The notes under the pieces: generated by a model
What the model was told of the DNA's origin: nothing
What the model saw: the letters and a program-made list of their open reading frames with translations, nothing else
Database searches by the model: none
Program-made: the position numbers and the translations under genes
NCBI GenBank assembly: GCA_026026165.1
Contig: JAPEUD010000029.1
Location: forward strand, 186,001 to 242,952
DNA: 56,952 nt
Reading direction: 5' to 3'
DNA from: Sarea resinae
Taxonomy: Eukaryota
Part shown: positions 12,369 to 25,313 of the stretch, in pieces
How positions within the stretch are numbered: the first letter of the stretch is position 1
Layout of the letters: each line of letters opens with the position of its first letter

Positions 12369-14192
12369 ATGCCAACGTCGTCCTCAGGGTCTACCGCGAG
12401 CGTGCGCTCGTCCGCCGCTCCAAAGGCCGCCTCAACAAAGTCTACAGAAGCCACAGTTGCATCCTCACCGCCTGCCACCGCCGAGAAAGCTCCAGATGAC
12501 ACATCCAAACTTAGGACTTTCTTGTCAATCCTTAGGAAGTAAGTACCTAAGGCTTCTAGCTACGCAGGCGGGTTTTGGAGATCATCTCTTATCGCTGCCA
12601 CTGAATGGAACGAAGCTAATGTTGGGACATCAACTGCCCAGATTCATTGGTGTCACAGACATTGCATCTGTCAGATTCTCGCTCCCCGCCCAGCTACTCG
12701 AGCCCACGCCAAATCTGGGTATGTATTAGAGCTTCGTTCCTCGGCCTATCGGCAGCTGAGTCGCATGCTCTTCGTAAAAGCTATTAACGGCTGCAAACAG
12801 AGTACTGGAACTATCTAGACAGACCCGAGATGTTTATCAGGTATGCAATGACTGACACTGATTTACATTGGCGACTTACCAGGAATGCAGCATCGGAGAC
12901 TCGAATGATCCGCTTGGCCGTATGCTCGAGGTGCTGAGATTTTGGTTCACGAAGGATCTCGTAAGCCCCAAATCTTTGAGACGGCGTCCACGATCTAAGC
13001 TGATGGTGATGGAATTATCCAGAAATACGTCAAGGGAAAGCCATGCAAGCCTTACAACTCCGCTCTTGGAGAATTTTTTCGGGTCAGTACATTGTGTAGT
13101 ATGTGGTACTAGCGACTGATTCATGGATCAGTGCAATTGGGAAGTTGAGGATACTGCCTCACCAATTCTTGATTCTTCGTCTGAACGGGCAAAAGATCAA
13201 AATAGCGAGGCCAAAGACAAGCCTGTTAAGGTTTCCTATCTCACCGAGCAAACTTCACATCATCCGCCCGTTTCTGCCTTTTATGTGGATTGCCCCGAGA
13301 AAGGCATCACAGCCCGTGGCTTCGATCAGCTAAGCGCCAAGTTTACGGGGACCAGTATTCGAGTAACTCCAGGCGCGCACAATCTTGGAATATTTGTCAC
13401 TCTACATGATCGAGACGACGAGCAGTATCAGCTTACGCATCCTGCTGCTCATTTGGGTGGTCTACTTCGAGGTATGTTTGCCGACGTTGCGCATGTGGAT
13501 GGAGATCTAAACGTCTTTAGGGAGCTTGAGTATCTCGGTCGCGGATATCTGCTTCATTACTTGCCCTAAGACCAAAATAAAAGCTATCCTTCACTATCTA
13601 GAAGAAGGCTGGCTTGGACGGGCCCAGAATCGAATGCAAGGCGTCATTTTCAGATACGACCCCGAAAACGATACGAAATTACGCATTCAAGATGTAGCCA
13701 AAGAGGATATTCTGGGGAGAGTAGAAGGCTGCTGGCAGGACAAAATATATTACACCTTGCCAGATTCAACCGTCAGTAACAATGCCGGCTGTGATTTATG
13801 TGTTATCTTGCTCCTGCTGACTTCTCTATGCACCTTAGGATAAGAAACTTCTCATCGATCTCAACCCCCTTTGGCCCGTCCCAAAAATAGTCCCCCCAGA
13901 CACCGAGCAGCTCCCCAACGAATCCCGCAAATTCTGGGGCGGTGTTACGCAGGCTATCCTTAACCGGGAATTTAGCCAAGCCACAACACTCAAACAACAG
14001 CTCGAGGAACGACAGCGGGGTAAAGCCGCCGAGCGGAAACTCAATGAAGAGGAGTGGCATCCGCGATTCTTTACCGATGTTGTCACGCCAACGGGTAGGC
14101 CCAGTTTGACTCCGGACGGAGAGCTGGTTCTCAAGGGGCTGCATACGGGCGACTATCATCTTGAGCCTAGCGTTGCGAATGGCGCCTACTAG
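12369..14192 (+). CDS. Oxysterol-binding protein (OSBP/ORP family, ORD-only), multi-exon
   Basis: Spliced exons give FIGVTDIASVRFSLPAQLLEP, KPCKPYNSALGEFFRCNW, the OSBP signature EQTSHHPP and a C-terminal KQQLEERQR. ATG at 12369, TAG at 14190-14192, 7 GT-AG introns. Confidence 0.92.
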
Positions 14193-15530
14193 TTTTGTTT
14201 TCTCAGGCATGGTGGGGTGTGTGAAAGAGGACTGATTGGCTGGTTGGCTAGATAATGCTCTGTCTATCTGTCTTTGAGCACCGAATCTGCTTGCTTAATT
14301 GGGCTGATTGACTAGTAACCAGACCGTCTTTATCTTTTTCTTTGATGTAAACGAACAAGATGTGTGGGAATTGTTGGGTGAGGTCTTCTAGCTGTCTTGG
14401 GTCCTATGAGAGAACACGGAAATCGATTCGGCGTGATGTGGTGTGGGCTGCTGACAGGAAACCATGGAGAGGAAGTATTACTATATTACTCTCTTTTCTG
14501 CTCTCATTTTCTTCTAGCATGGATGCACGTATCATGGTACGGTTTGACCGAGATAGACTTTTTTTTTTCTTTTACTACCTACACATTACAATGAAATGAA
14601 ATACTATATCCTGGGTGGAGACGGAATCTGTACCCGTGACCGGCCGTGACCGGTCTCGTCGTCGTTTCTGCGACAGGCATCCAAGAGCTCAGCCGGCTAT
14701 GGCAGCCAGCCAATGGGGAGGTTGGGGACGATTTATCATCCAACGTCTCTACTCCCAAGCTCGTCCGACAGCCACTCAAGGACTGACCGGCAGAGATTCC
14801 GGGCCAATTGATAAGGAGGTTTGGATCTCTATCGTTGAGTGTCTCTAAATGCCTTCCTGACCGACTTTCAACAATGCTCTGGCAACACTCGACGCAGCAA
14901 GGCCGGTCAGGAGTGGGTAGAGATTGGATATCCGATGTTGTTTTTCTATTCAAGCTGTGTCTGTGCGATGTTCAACGACAGAAAAGGCATTGCCTTCGTC
15001 TAGCCGGCACGCATACATACCTTAGCGGTGTTCTAATGATCCGACCTATCTATCAGGGATTGGAAAATCATGTCTTTCCTTTGCAGGTTCGCTTTTGTGA
15101 AGGTATTGGAAATGAGTTATAGAAAGGGAAAAGGAAAAGAAGTGACAGAAAGAAGCTCGCCCCAACACGTCAGATTAGACGTGATCTCGCATGTGGAGAA
15201 CTCTGTGAAGGGATGGGCACCACAGAGATGCTGAGGCAAGTCGGTGAGTAGCTAGCTCTCGGTACCTCTTATAAGTCTGATAAGGTAGAGTAGATGATAT
15301 ATGTAATTCTTCCATTGGTATGCTCATTGACACTAAGGTTCACTTCTGGGTCCGGTCTGGGGCTCCAACATCCCTAGCTTCTAGTGACTCCTTCCCCGTC
15401 TGTTCGAGTGGCGGATTGAGCAAAAATACAACGAAAGGAACATATTTGAGAATGCGACATACATACAAGAAAGAAGGGGGATCCGTGATCCTTGAAATGA
15501 TAGAAACATTTGATGGTGAAAGGAACCTTG

Positions 15531-15573
15531 ATTGATGATGATGAAGATGATGAAGATGCTGATGATGATGATG
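15531..15573. repeat. Imperfect (GAT)n microsatellite
   Basis: gatgatgatgaagatgatgaagatgctgatgatgatgatg, in the 3' region between convergent genes. Confidence 0.8.
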
Positions 15574-15956
15574 GAAGCCACGTATAAAGATCGAAAGATC
15601 AAGGATCCAATGCCCAATCCAAGCCAACCTAGACAGACAAAACCGACCTCTAAGCAGCTGACATTATTAAGGTACGAGCAAGAAGTACGAGCCTCAACCC
15701 AGCGCCTCGTTCGTTGCTGCGGCTGTTGTTACAGCCACAGAAAAGAAGTAGAAATTGGAGACGAGGTAAGAAAAAACGCCATAAAAGGAGCCCAGATGCC
15801 GTTCTTTGTTGCCTATGTGGTGAGAGGGACAAACAAAATGGAGTAGAAAGAGCTGGCAATGATTATGATGATGATGACCGTGTCGCTATGTTACTACTTC
15901 CTTGCCTAAGCTAATCTTTTCCAGCCATGACTGCATTTTCCTGATTTCTTATATTT

Positions 15957-18605
15957 TCATCGAGTGATGATAAGAGAGAAGCCATCGACCCATGCGCCAC
16001 AGGATCCCGAAACACCAGCAATGGTGTAGCCCCGGGGCGGTATAAGCGTGTGCCTGATGCCAAACAAAGACGTTGTCAGCTAGGAGCTCTTTATGATGAC
16101 TTTAAAAGTTCGATCCCTTTTCACAAATCCCTCCCTGAGTCAATCTGATTGAATTGAGACTTACCCTGAACCGCCAGCAGGATTGCCAAAAACGCCAGAT
16201 CGCCTTCCCAAACTCGTTAATATCTCAATGCCATCAATCCAGAGACCTGCTCGGAGATAGAAGCCCAACAGGCATTCGCCCCTGCGCGTATCTGATTTAA
16301 TCAAGATGATTAGTAAGGTGTTGGCTTCCGATGTATCACATATGGTTGAGGAAATACCGAAATTGAATTCACTCCCTCCAGGTTTGCCGCCTTTGTTACC
16401 GAACATCTGACTTGTAAAGTCTTCATAGATAAATTCAACCCCATCTAGCGCGAACCCATGATAGACCTTGATTTGTTTGAGTAGTTTGGTCTGTGACAGG
16501 GCACTTTCGATGATGACTTCCACTGGCTGGGACCCCTCCATTTGAGAATAGCCAAGCTTGCTGCCTCGGAAGCCCATCTGACCATTCGGCAATTTCAGTG
16601 TTGAGGCTTTCGACTTTAGCTGACCAAAGTCTTCAATGGTATGCTCTCCCTGACCAACGGAGTGGATCACGACTTTCATCTTCTTGTTGCGTTTGTCGTC
16701 TGGTAATCGACTTCGAAGCTCACCCTCATTCAGCATAATCTGCCGCGGGGTAATACCGTTGCTACTGCCATTGGAATCCAGGTATTCTATCGAAGAGTGA
16801 CAGAATTCATCGCCCTCTGTGAACAGTTCAATCCACGCAATGCCGGACGCCGCGGTTACCATGACATTCCCGTTGTCGACTGTCCAAACCGCAACACTAT
16901 CGTCTGGGGGCAAGGGCGGATCATTCGGCATTCGGAAGCAAGGGTGGAATCGGAAGCGAAGACAATCGAGCCGGTGCCAATTACATTCATCGCTTTGAAG
17001 ACAGAGACGGACGCCCGACGAGTTTGTTCGAGTTGAAGCGGGTTCCCGGCATGTGAAGGTTCTGTTCAAAGTGACATAGTCGCGTAGCATCACTCCGGAT
17101 TCTTGATGAGGGCATCCGAGAAGATGGCCAGTCTCATGTAGATGTGCCCCAATGCCGATGTTGGCAGCCTCCCAATTACTTCCAGATTCGTTGCAGTCAT
17201 TTGCAACATAAGTGGTATCAGTACGAGTGGTATCGGAGAATGCCGGAACCACCTCTTCAATGCACGAAGGATAACTTTGTAGAGCTTGCGAGCCAAATAT
17301 TGCAAGCTGGATTTCTCCAGATCCTCCACCAAGCGCAGCATGTCCAGTGATGGTCTTAGCCTGGGTATCCCAATGAGCATCCAGAAATAGTGCCGAGACA
17401 TAAATCTTCTGGCCTGGTATGGGCTTGAAGTATTCTCGCACAGCATCCATGGCCATCGAATACAGATCGCCCTTGCGCGTCGCCTTCTCATATTGCTGGG
17501 CTATGTCCAGATCCCTAATCTCCGCCACTGTTTTGTCTACCCGTATGACGTGGATCCGGGCTTCGTTCCGCATTTGACCAGTGTCAATATCTCGAGATGT
17601 GAGTGATCCTGTTTGCCAATCTTCCTCGTATCGGAATACCCGCCTTCCGAACCTGTTGCGGTTCATCTGCTCTGAAGTGAACGCCTGCCACAGATACGCG
17701 GCCATTCGATATTTCCGGATAGCCGTGCTAAGCCCATTGCCTTCCCTTTGTATGCGCTCAGGAATTGCGTCGTACGTGAGCGGAGAATCTTTGGCGACAA
17801 GAATAGCTAGCTGGAGAGGCGGATTGGAAACAAGAGGTAGGTAGTTGATATTCAGCCAGGAGGAATGCGGAGTTGATGAACCAGGTGACGCCAACTTTGG
17901 CGAAGAGAAATCGAATCGTAGTCTATTCGGCCCAGGAGTAAGATGCACCAGCGCCTTGAAATGCGAGTCACACACGGGCCAATTGACCGCGGGAAAATTA
18001 TCCTGGTGATGGGAAACAACCAAATTCCCGTCCATTGGCTGTTGTGATGGCTCCCCTATCTGGCCGTAGATGAGTAGAACCTTTTGATGTACCTGATTAA
18101 GAGATGTTAGCTCATTTGGAATCCGAACTATTTAGATGTGTTCCTCATACCCAATTATTTTCCGATATGTTCATTATACGTGGAGCATATGGTGAGCTCG
18201 GCATCGCAGGCTTGTAGGATCCATTGATCGAAGGGGTACCCAAACCCTAGATGAAGACTCGTATCAGCTAAGATTCACCGACAGACGGTAGCACCCTTTT
18301 GGCGACCAATCTCAATTTCAGACCGTAGAATACCATACCGACACGCTGTATCTATTGCTTGGCGAAGTGCGAACGTTGGGTCTTTGTGGTACAGGAGGTA
18401 CTCCGTTCGTGCCGTTCGATCTAAAGGTTGACAGATTCGGGGATGACATCTGCATCTGCGGATTCCCATACATGGAATTTAAAGTAGAGGTTGATTTGTT
18501 CTTTGAGATGGTGCCATTGGTGCCATCAGTACTAGAATCCTGGGAGGACTTGTCCGTCTTGCCGCTCGCCTTGGAGCGACGTCGTAGATCCTTGAAGAAC
18601 GGCAT
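15957..18605 (-). CDS. Putative zinc metallopeptidase (metzincin HExxHxxGxxH) with C-terminal jacalin-like lectin domain (YIL108W-like)
   Basis: The zinc motif reads HETGHLLGCPH. The C-terminus is jacalin-like (GFYLRAGLWIDGIEILTSLGRRSGVFGN...IAGVSGSCGAWVDGFSLIITR). Exons are approximately 18605-18339, 18246-18151, 18092-16358, 16291-16165, and a last exon ending at 15957. Confidence 0.88.
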
Positions 18606-20492
18606 GATGCAGTCAATTTAAGAAATTTCGCAGGAGATGATGGAGAATGATCTGGGAGCAGCCGACGCGATTCAATGGCTCAAAAGGGAAAAACAGCCTG
18701 CTTGTATTCGGCCAGGGACAAAGCGAGCAGAGAACGAAGGGGTTTCACGAGCCGTGGCAGTTGTGCGACAAGGGACACACCGAATGAAAGATGGCTAAAC
18801 GAGGGAATAGCAGGCCGTCGCAAGAATGAAGTGTTGACGGCGACGCTGCTGCTGTTGTGGGAACGGAACAGCCCGAAGGAAGTAAATCGAGGATGAATTG
18901 CTTCGAGAATGAAAGTCTTGAGTAGTCGAAGAGTAGCAAGGCAGTTAGCAGGACTGGAGATCGCAGTGGTTGGTGGTGATGATGACGACGGCGTACCCGT
19001 TTAGCGTTCCCTGGGAGCGAAGCGATCGCAATTTGCTCCACCACTACGAAGGTACCTGTAACTTTACTTGCCTGGGGCGGCTCTTCGATGCTACCGCTAT
19101 CTACTCGGAGTAAGGTCATTACGGTATGAATATCTATCTAAGGAGGTAGGTAGGGACTTGTTCATAGATGCCCGATTGCACTCGAGTGGGAGGATGCATC
19201 CCAAAGATGTCTCTACGATTTACTGACCACCTCACCGTTTACTCCCCTACAATATACGGTGGTGAGGCGAGGGGTTCCCGCCGAGAGTGTTGAAAGGCTG
19301 CCCCAACCAGTTCCGCCACCAAGACTGCCCGTTCAGACAGCTGCAGAGGACTGAGACATCTGGTCAACAACCTGATATACTATGTACGGCAGTGATATGA
19401 CTACGCAGCATCTCCGATGCGGTCGGGAGACACGGTGACCTTTCTACGTGGATAGCGGATTTGCATCCATCCATGTATCAGGGTGCAGTTGATACATGCC
19501 CATAGAGCTGAAAGGTCGATATCTCCTATCAGCAATATCAGCACTTGTTTAGCCTGATGCGGTGGGGATACCTTAGTACTAGGTACCTTACCTAGGTAGA
19601 CGGGGATGCTTTAGCTGCCTCCAGCCTGGACGTTAAGGGTAGAGTGCAGTAGTCGTAGCTAAAGATAGCGGACAGTACCAAGTACGATGGACTTCGTACT
19701 TCGTGCGAGGGCCGAGGGGCGCCATGCCAATTGCCAAGGGAACCACTAGAAATGTTCAGTCTTGAGGTACGAGGGACATATGCTCTCCCGCGTACCTTAG
19801 TCCCCGGCTGCCAGGGCTCTCAGGACAAGATGAAAAGCTGGAGGCAGATATAAGAGTAATGGGCGTGACGCTCCCCTTGTTGCAGCCAACGCTGGGAAAG
19901 GAGAAATCACTTCCTGGCATCTGCAGTAGGTAGTGAATAGCTTCAATTCATCTTCTGATGGTTCGACGATTGATTCGGCGGGTCTTGCCTGTGTGGGTTG
20001 CTCATCGTTGAAGCCCGTCCAAAGGGTCCCGGACGGTCTTCGTTCCTGCGTACCAGTACTCGTAGTCTGCGTGCCGAAGAGCCAACCATCCAACCTGCCA
20101 ACCAAGCGAACCAGCCTCCAGCTCTCTTCAGCCATACCTTACATCCAGATACAGACACTACCTATTGCGTGCATACCTCCTGCCTTCAAAGTATCATTCG
20201 TCCCTCTGAATCTCTTCCTGTCCGTCCGTCGATCGCCACTGCAGATGTTCCTGCATTCTTGCAGCCGTGAACAGTAGCAGCCTCTTTTGTTCTGGTGCCC
20301 TTGACGAGAATCCGGCTCGAGATCTCCACCGAGTGACCTGTCCACAAACTGCCCACCAGAGAGAGTGTAGCCGCCGGGCAGCTGATTCTCAACGTCGTCA
20401 CCCCAATTTCTGGCTGCTGCATACACACTTGCCTGAACACGAAGGAGCACCTACATCCAACAACAAATTTGTTCTCACTCTACACAAATACG

Positions 20493-21762
20493 ATGTCAGC
20501 ATCGGCGGTCACGATATCGCCCGCAGGGCATCCGGATCAAGCGGGGGAGATTGTTGAGAAGGTTTTGAGGAGGGCTGAAGTAGCCAAGGTATGGTCTCGT
20601 CGCCCCGCCCGCTCCTCTTCCAGACAGCTCGAAGCCTGCCTCTGGTGGATTCAAATTAGTGACCTCTTTACAGATGGCTCGACTTTTGCAAAATCGACTC
20701 GCTCTCGCGAACTTCAAGACAAAGCACGGCTGGGAGAAGCTCACACTCGATACGATCGAGCCAAAGGTAGATAAAGAGCTGAAGCGAAAGCGGCGGAACT
20801 CCAACGGCGAAACCCTCTCGGACTCGTCGAGTATCTCAGTCCCGTGCTACTCCTTCTCTTCAGGAATCACAGCTTCGTCTCCGTTGACTGCTCCCATGTT
20901 CTCTGACGATATCCGTGGATCTATAAGTGGCAGCGATTTTCAAAGGCGAGGCCTCAAGAGGACCGCTACATATACCGATTTTGTAACTGATCAGACTGCT
21001 CGCAAACGACACCGATCCGAGTCAAATGCAGCGTCAAACTTCCAAGCCACCCGATCATCGTGGAAGAGTACGCATCGTCTACCTGAATCGTCCCCAATTT
21101 ATCACCGTCAACGTAGTCGCTATCCTGCTTCGCAAGAGCCAAATCTGTCTTTCGTGTCCGAGGTTTCAACTTTGCCCGACAATTCGCCTACCTTCTCGGA
21201 TGACGACGAACAAGGCCTCCCAGTACACTCCTTCCAGTCAGGCTCTGCCCGTATTACCTCATCGCCGCCCCGCACTCCGCCTCCTAGTCGAGCTCGCTCT
21301 GCACGAGCCCGTCATGCGAGCGGTATTGGTCCCGCAGAGACTGGCGACGAAGGACCGAATCTTTTGCTTTACCTTGCTACATCTCCTTCTCCAGCCAATC
21401 CAGGCATGAAGGCTCGCGTGATATCCCCGTCTACGCCACCTTCACGCCAGGCAGCTCTTCCTTCTTCAATGATGACTACACCTGGTGGAGGAGCATTCAT
21501 GAATGGAATGATGGGCCCAATGACACCGTCTCAAGCCTTTAACATCTCGGACTTCATCAACATCACCCCGAGCCCTGCTCAAGGTATCTGGTGTGGACGA
21601 ACACCCGCAACGGCCAAGACCCCAGTTGCTGCGAGAGAGGCTCGTCGGAAGCTCAACTTCGATGCACTCGCCCCTCCGACCGGCAGCCCGAACCTCAACC
21701 GCGGTGGCGCTCGTCGAGATACTGGCCTCGGGATGGAACTTGGTGGAGAGCTAGGATCTTAA
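20493..21762 (+). CDS. Whi5/Stb1-like intrinsically disordered cell-cycle transcriptional regulator (exons 20493-20588, 20674-21762)
   Basis: It has a Whi5-like motif LQNRLALANFKTKHGWEKLTLDTIEP, an Stb1-like motif GPNLLLYLATSPSP, and many S/T-P CDK-type sites. The intron runs GTATGG...TTTACAG. Confidence 0.7.
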
Positions 21763-23144
21763 GGTTTAGGGGTTTTCTTTCTTACCCCACGCAACGCATT
21801 ATATGACGATGTGGTATGAGATCACGACGCCTCGGTATGAGGTACACCGCATTCGCAACGACCGCTTTCATTGGCGTGACATTCTATTCCTTTCTTTCAA
21901 GACCGGTTTCCTCTTTGCCCGATCGCTATTTCCTCCGTTCTTCTGGCGGTACTATTCGTTCGACATGCTATTGCCTACGAATGACTTCAATGTTCTATTC
22001 CTCCCCGCCTAAGTCGGTTCAGCACCTCAGTGAGGCTTCAGTCCCTTCATACCTCTTTGTCATTCTCCGTATGATTTCTCACTCATTATGCTCTTCATGA
22101 ATGCACACATGCAACGATGCCATGCGAGGAGATAGATTAGGAAGATCAGGGTACTCTTTGTTTAGTCTTGACGTAACATGGAGCGTGTTCGTGCATCTGT
22201 ACAGGGACATCAGATTGGACACATTTGTAGTATGTGCATGAGGTGGTGCTCTTCCAATCTCCCATCTATCCAATCTACTCTGGCTGAGTTGGCTGCAGCC
22301 TGCATTGCAACCACTTAACGCGGATCCCAAAGGTAGACGCGCCGATGCCCTCGCATAATCGTCTTAGCGCGTCGTTTCGCGTTTTAAAGTTTGGGGACCG
22401 AAGGGTACCTACGTGCGCCGCAAGAGCCCTTGGGTGCAGATAAGTGATGAAGGGCTATTCGGGATTCTGTGCCCTAACCAAAATCCTAGTACCTGCGTAC
22501 CTTAGGCAACCCTGGTATTTTACTATGTACCTATCAAAGGTAGGTGGCCATTGCAGTACATGTGAGCGCAAATATGTATGTGAAGTTTACTTTCCATTTG
22601 CTCATCCAGAATTGCCATCGAATATCTGACGGTACAAGTATCTACCCACACTCTGAAATGGATCATTAATGGCATCTACTCGGTGTTAATGTTTTGCGGC
22701 ACATGGATGAGGGTACGCGGCCTTTTGGTCACCACCTACTGAATTGAGTCGCACACAAACCGCATTTAGTGACGGGGCGAGGGGTGTGAAATGTAATACT
22801 AAGTGAAAGCATTTTGATTTTCCTAAATAAGAGACCCACGTAACTGAAAATCCACGCCTGTACACGTACGTACTTGATAGAAGAGATGAAAGACGAAAGG
22901 GGGAAGACGGTGGTTTGCTCGGGTGGAAGAGATCGGCCATGTAGACGCGGATGGATAGATGGGAGAGGAAATGACTGAGAGTGAGAGAAGGGTGGATAGG
23001 TAAAGAGCAAATCTATAGAGGGGAAGAGAGGACGAGATGGAGGCGGCAGGATAGATAGAAGTACAAATTGACTGAAGAATGCAAGTAAGATGATGGAGGA
23101 GAAAAGAAGTGTGAGCTACTTCCTTTCCTTTGCGTTCTTACCTC

Positions 23145-24890
23145 TTACTCCTTCTTACTCTTCTTCTTTTTCTCCTTCTTCTTGTCGGCCTCGACTTCGC
23201 CGTCAACCGCCTCACTATGTCTCCTCTTCTTCTTATCTTTCTTCTCCTTCTTCTTCTCCGCTTCATCGTTTTCGTCGGCGGCGCCAACCTCGCTATGTCT
23301 TCTCTTCTTGTCCTTTTTCTCTTTCTTCTTCTCTTGTTTTTGGACCGCACGGGGTGTCATATCGGCCATTTCCTCGTCGCTGGCGGCGGCGGGCTCGTCG
23401 ATATCAATGTCCGCGAGGACAGAGTCCATGGCCGATTTCTAGAAGGGGAGTTCAATCAAAACTGGTCACACGGCAAAACCTGGGGCGAGAAACTTACCAT
23501 AGCAATTTCGTTCTTCGTGGGCGCAGTACCCGAGGCGTAGAACTCGAGGCGCTCCTCTACTTGTTTCCTGAGGGCGTCACCGAATTTCGTCGTTGGCGCT
23601 TCCGAAAAGTTATCGATTCGCGAGGCGATTGAGCATTTATTAGCCAGAAAGCGCGAGATCCGGCCCTTGTTCTTCTGGCCGGCGCGGCCGATGAAGGAAG
23701 AGTGGTAGATGAGCCCGTACTTGGGAGTATTGCCCTTAGTCTTGAGGGCACGGAAGAGCGCCTTTTCAGCACCAAGGATCTGAACTGTCGAGGCCGGGTA
23801 CTTGGAGAGATTCGTCAAGCTTCCCGCATGGGAAATAAGGCGTGCTCCGACGACCTCGCCGATGAGAGCCGCGAGATTAGGAGCGACGATGCCCATCTTT
23901 GAGACTAAGTAGTTGAAAAGACCTTTGCGGTATTCGCCCAGACTGACGACTCGTTTGGCGAACGCCATGACATTTTCCATGTCGCTCTCTGAGATGTCCT
24001 GGCCCATGCTCACACGTGCGGCGTCGATGATGCTTTGAGCAATATCGGCGTCGTCGTTGACGATTGCAGCTAGATCATGCAATTTCTCATCTGATAAGGT
24101 CATCTTGTCACCAATGAAGAGTGCCAGCTTGGCGTAGGTGTGGTTCTCGGAGACGATCTTTATGAGCTCGGGGAAGTGCCACGAATACCATTCGCGGACA
24201 CGCATTGATAGGGTATTGATAGCCTTATCGAGGTGGTCTAAAGTCGCGATCGCTTGAATGATGTGATTATCGTTCTTCTGGACGCTGAACTTGACTTTGG
24301 CTCTAGAGTAAGCGTGACCGAGACCAAGCTGGGCACGCTCTACGTCTCCCTCTTGCAGTTGCTTCAGGAGCTTTGGTGCATGGAGTCGTAGGCCACGAAG
24401 GAGATCCTGAACCACTTCACTGGTGTCGCCGGTTTCGCACTCGACGTGAGGAAGAGCCGCTTTGATGCTACCTGCCAAGTTCTTGTCCGAAACACCCAAA
24501 ACAATTTTCTTCTTTTTGCCAGGCTTTGGCAGGTTGACCTCTAAGAGCGACTGGAGATACTCGGAAGCGATGCCTTCCGAGACATCGTTGGCATTTTCAA
24601 GGGCTTGAGCTGCACCTCTGGAATCGGATTTAGCGATACTCACGAGCGACAGGTGAAGCAGACTTACTGGAAAGGCGCAAAGCTGACCAATTTGATCATT
24701 TTCCCTAATCTTGCGAGATCTAGATGCTGAGGTTGGCACTCGTCATCACTGTGTGAAGTAGGGATGTCATACCTTGAGAAGCCTCCTGAACTTCTTTCAA
24801 TCGTAGACCTGGGCCCGTCTCAGGGGTCTGAACCACCTGGAAGATGGCATAACCCACGGAGCTCTCGTGCAAAAGATAATCGACGGACAT
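23145..24890 (-). CDS. NOP56: Box C/D snoRNP core protein Nop56 (exons 24890-24773, 24719-24668, 24617-23498, 23438-23145)
   Basis: N-terminus MSVDYLLHESSVGYAIF. Conserved Nop motifs LGLGHAYSRAKVKF, MRVREWYSWHFPEL, PASTVQILGAEKALFRALKT and KNKGRISRFLANKCSIASRID. KKE/D-rich tail. Confidence 0.96.
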
Positions 24891-25313
24891 GGTGGGCGGT
24901 GTACTGCCTCACCGGTCTGGCTGGTAGCTGAAAGGAAGACCTCTCCAATTTCGTCTCGTATACCCAGTTCCGCAGCAGCACCGGAGTCCTAGATGCGCAC
25001 CAAGTCGAGGCAGGGACTGGCGTGGAGGACTGGTCGCGATTTGAGGATGGATGACAATTTGGTGTCCTGGCCTTTCGTTCGTTCGTTCAATCTGGAAATT
25101 CTGCGATGACCTTTTAGTGGGCTTGTAGCGAAAAGGCGAGCTAGTCCGGATCGGATCAGACGCGAGCGCGAGCTCTGAGAAATCAAATCGCTACAACTAC
25201 GACTGCCGATATTGCTGTTAACTTGCCTGCCGGCACATTAACTCAACAATCTCCAATACCTCACGAAAGGCATCAAAAACTGTTCATCAGGCTGACGATC
25301 AGTATTTCCCATT
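24891..25313. promoter_or_regulatory. Compact bidirectional promoter NOP56/CCT6
   Basis: Only 423 bp separate the two divergent start codons. Confidence 0.6.

Noticed and set aside
15532..15846. Poly-Met ORF (MMMMKMMKMLMMMM...)
   Set aside because: It is the translation of a (GAT)n microsatellite in a 3' intergenic region.
22444..22629. GTGATGA ... CTGA pair resembling a box C/D snoRNA downstream of NOP56
   Set aside because: There is no terminal stem, the span is long (about 185 nt), and I see no convincing 10-nt or longer rRNA-complementary guide.
23090..23632. Hydrophobic or Ser/Arg-rich plus-strand ORFs
   Set aside because: They are antisense shadows of the Lys/Glu-rich Nop56 tail.
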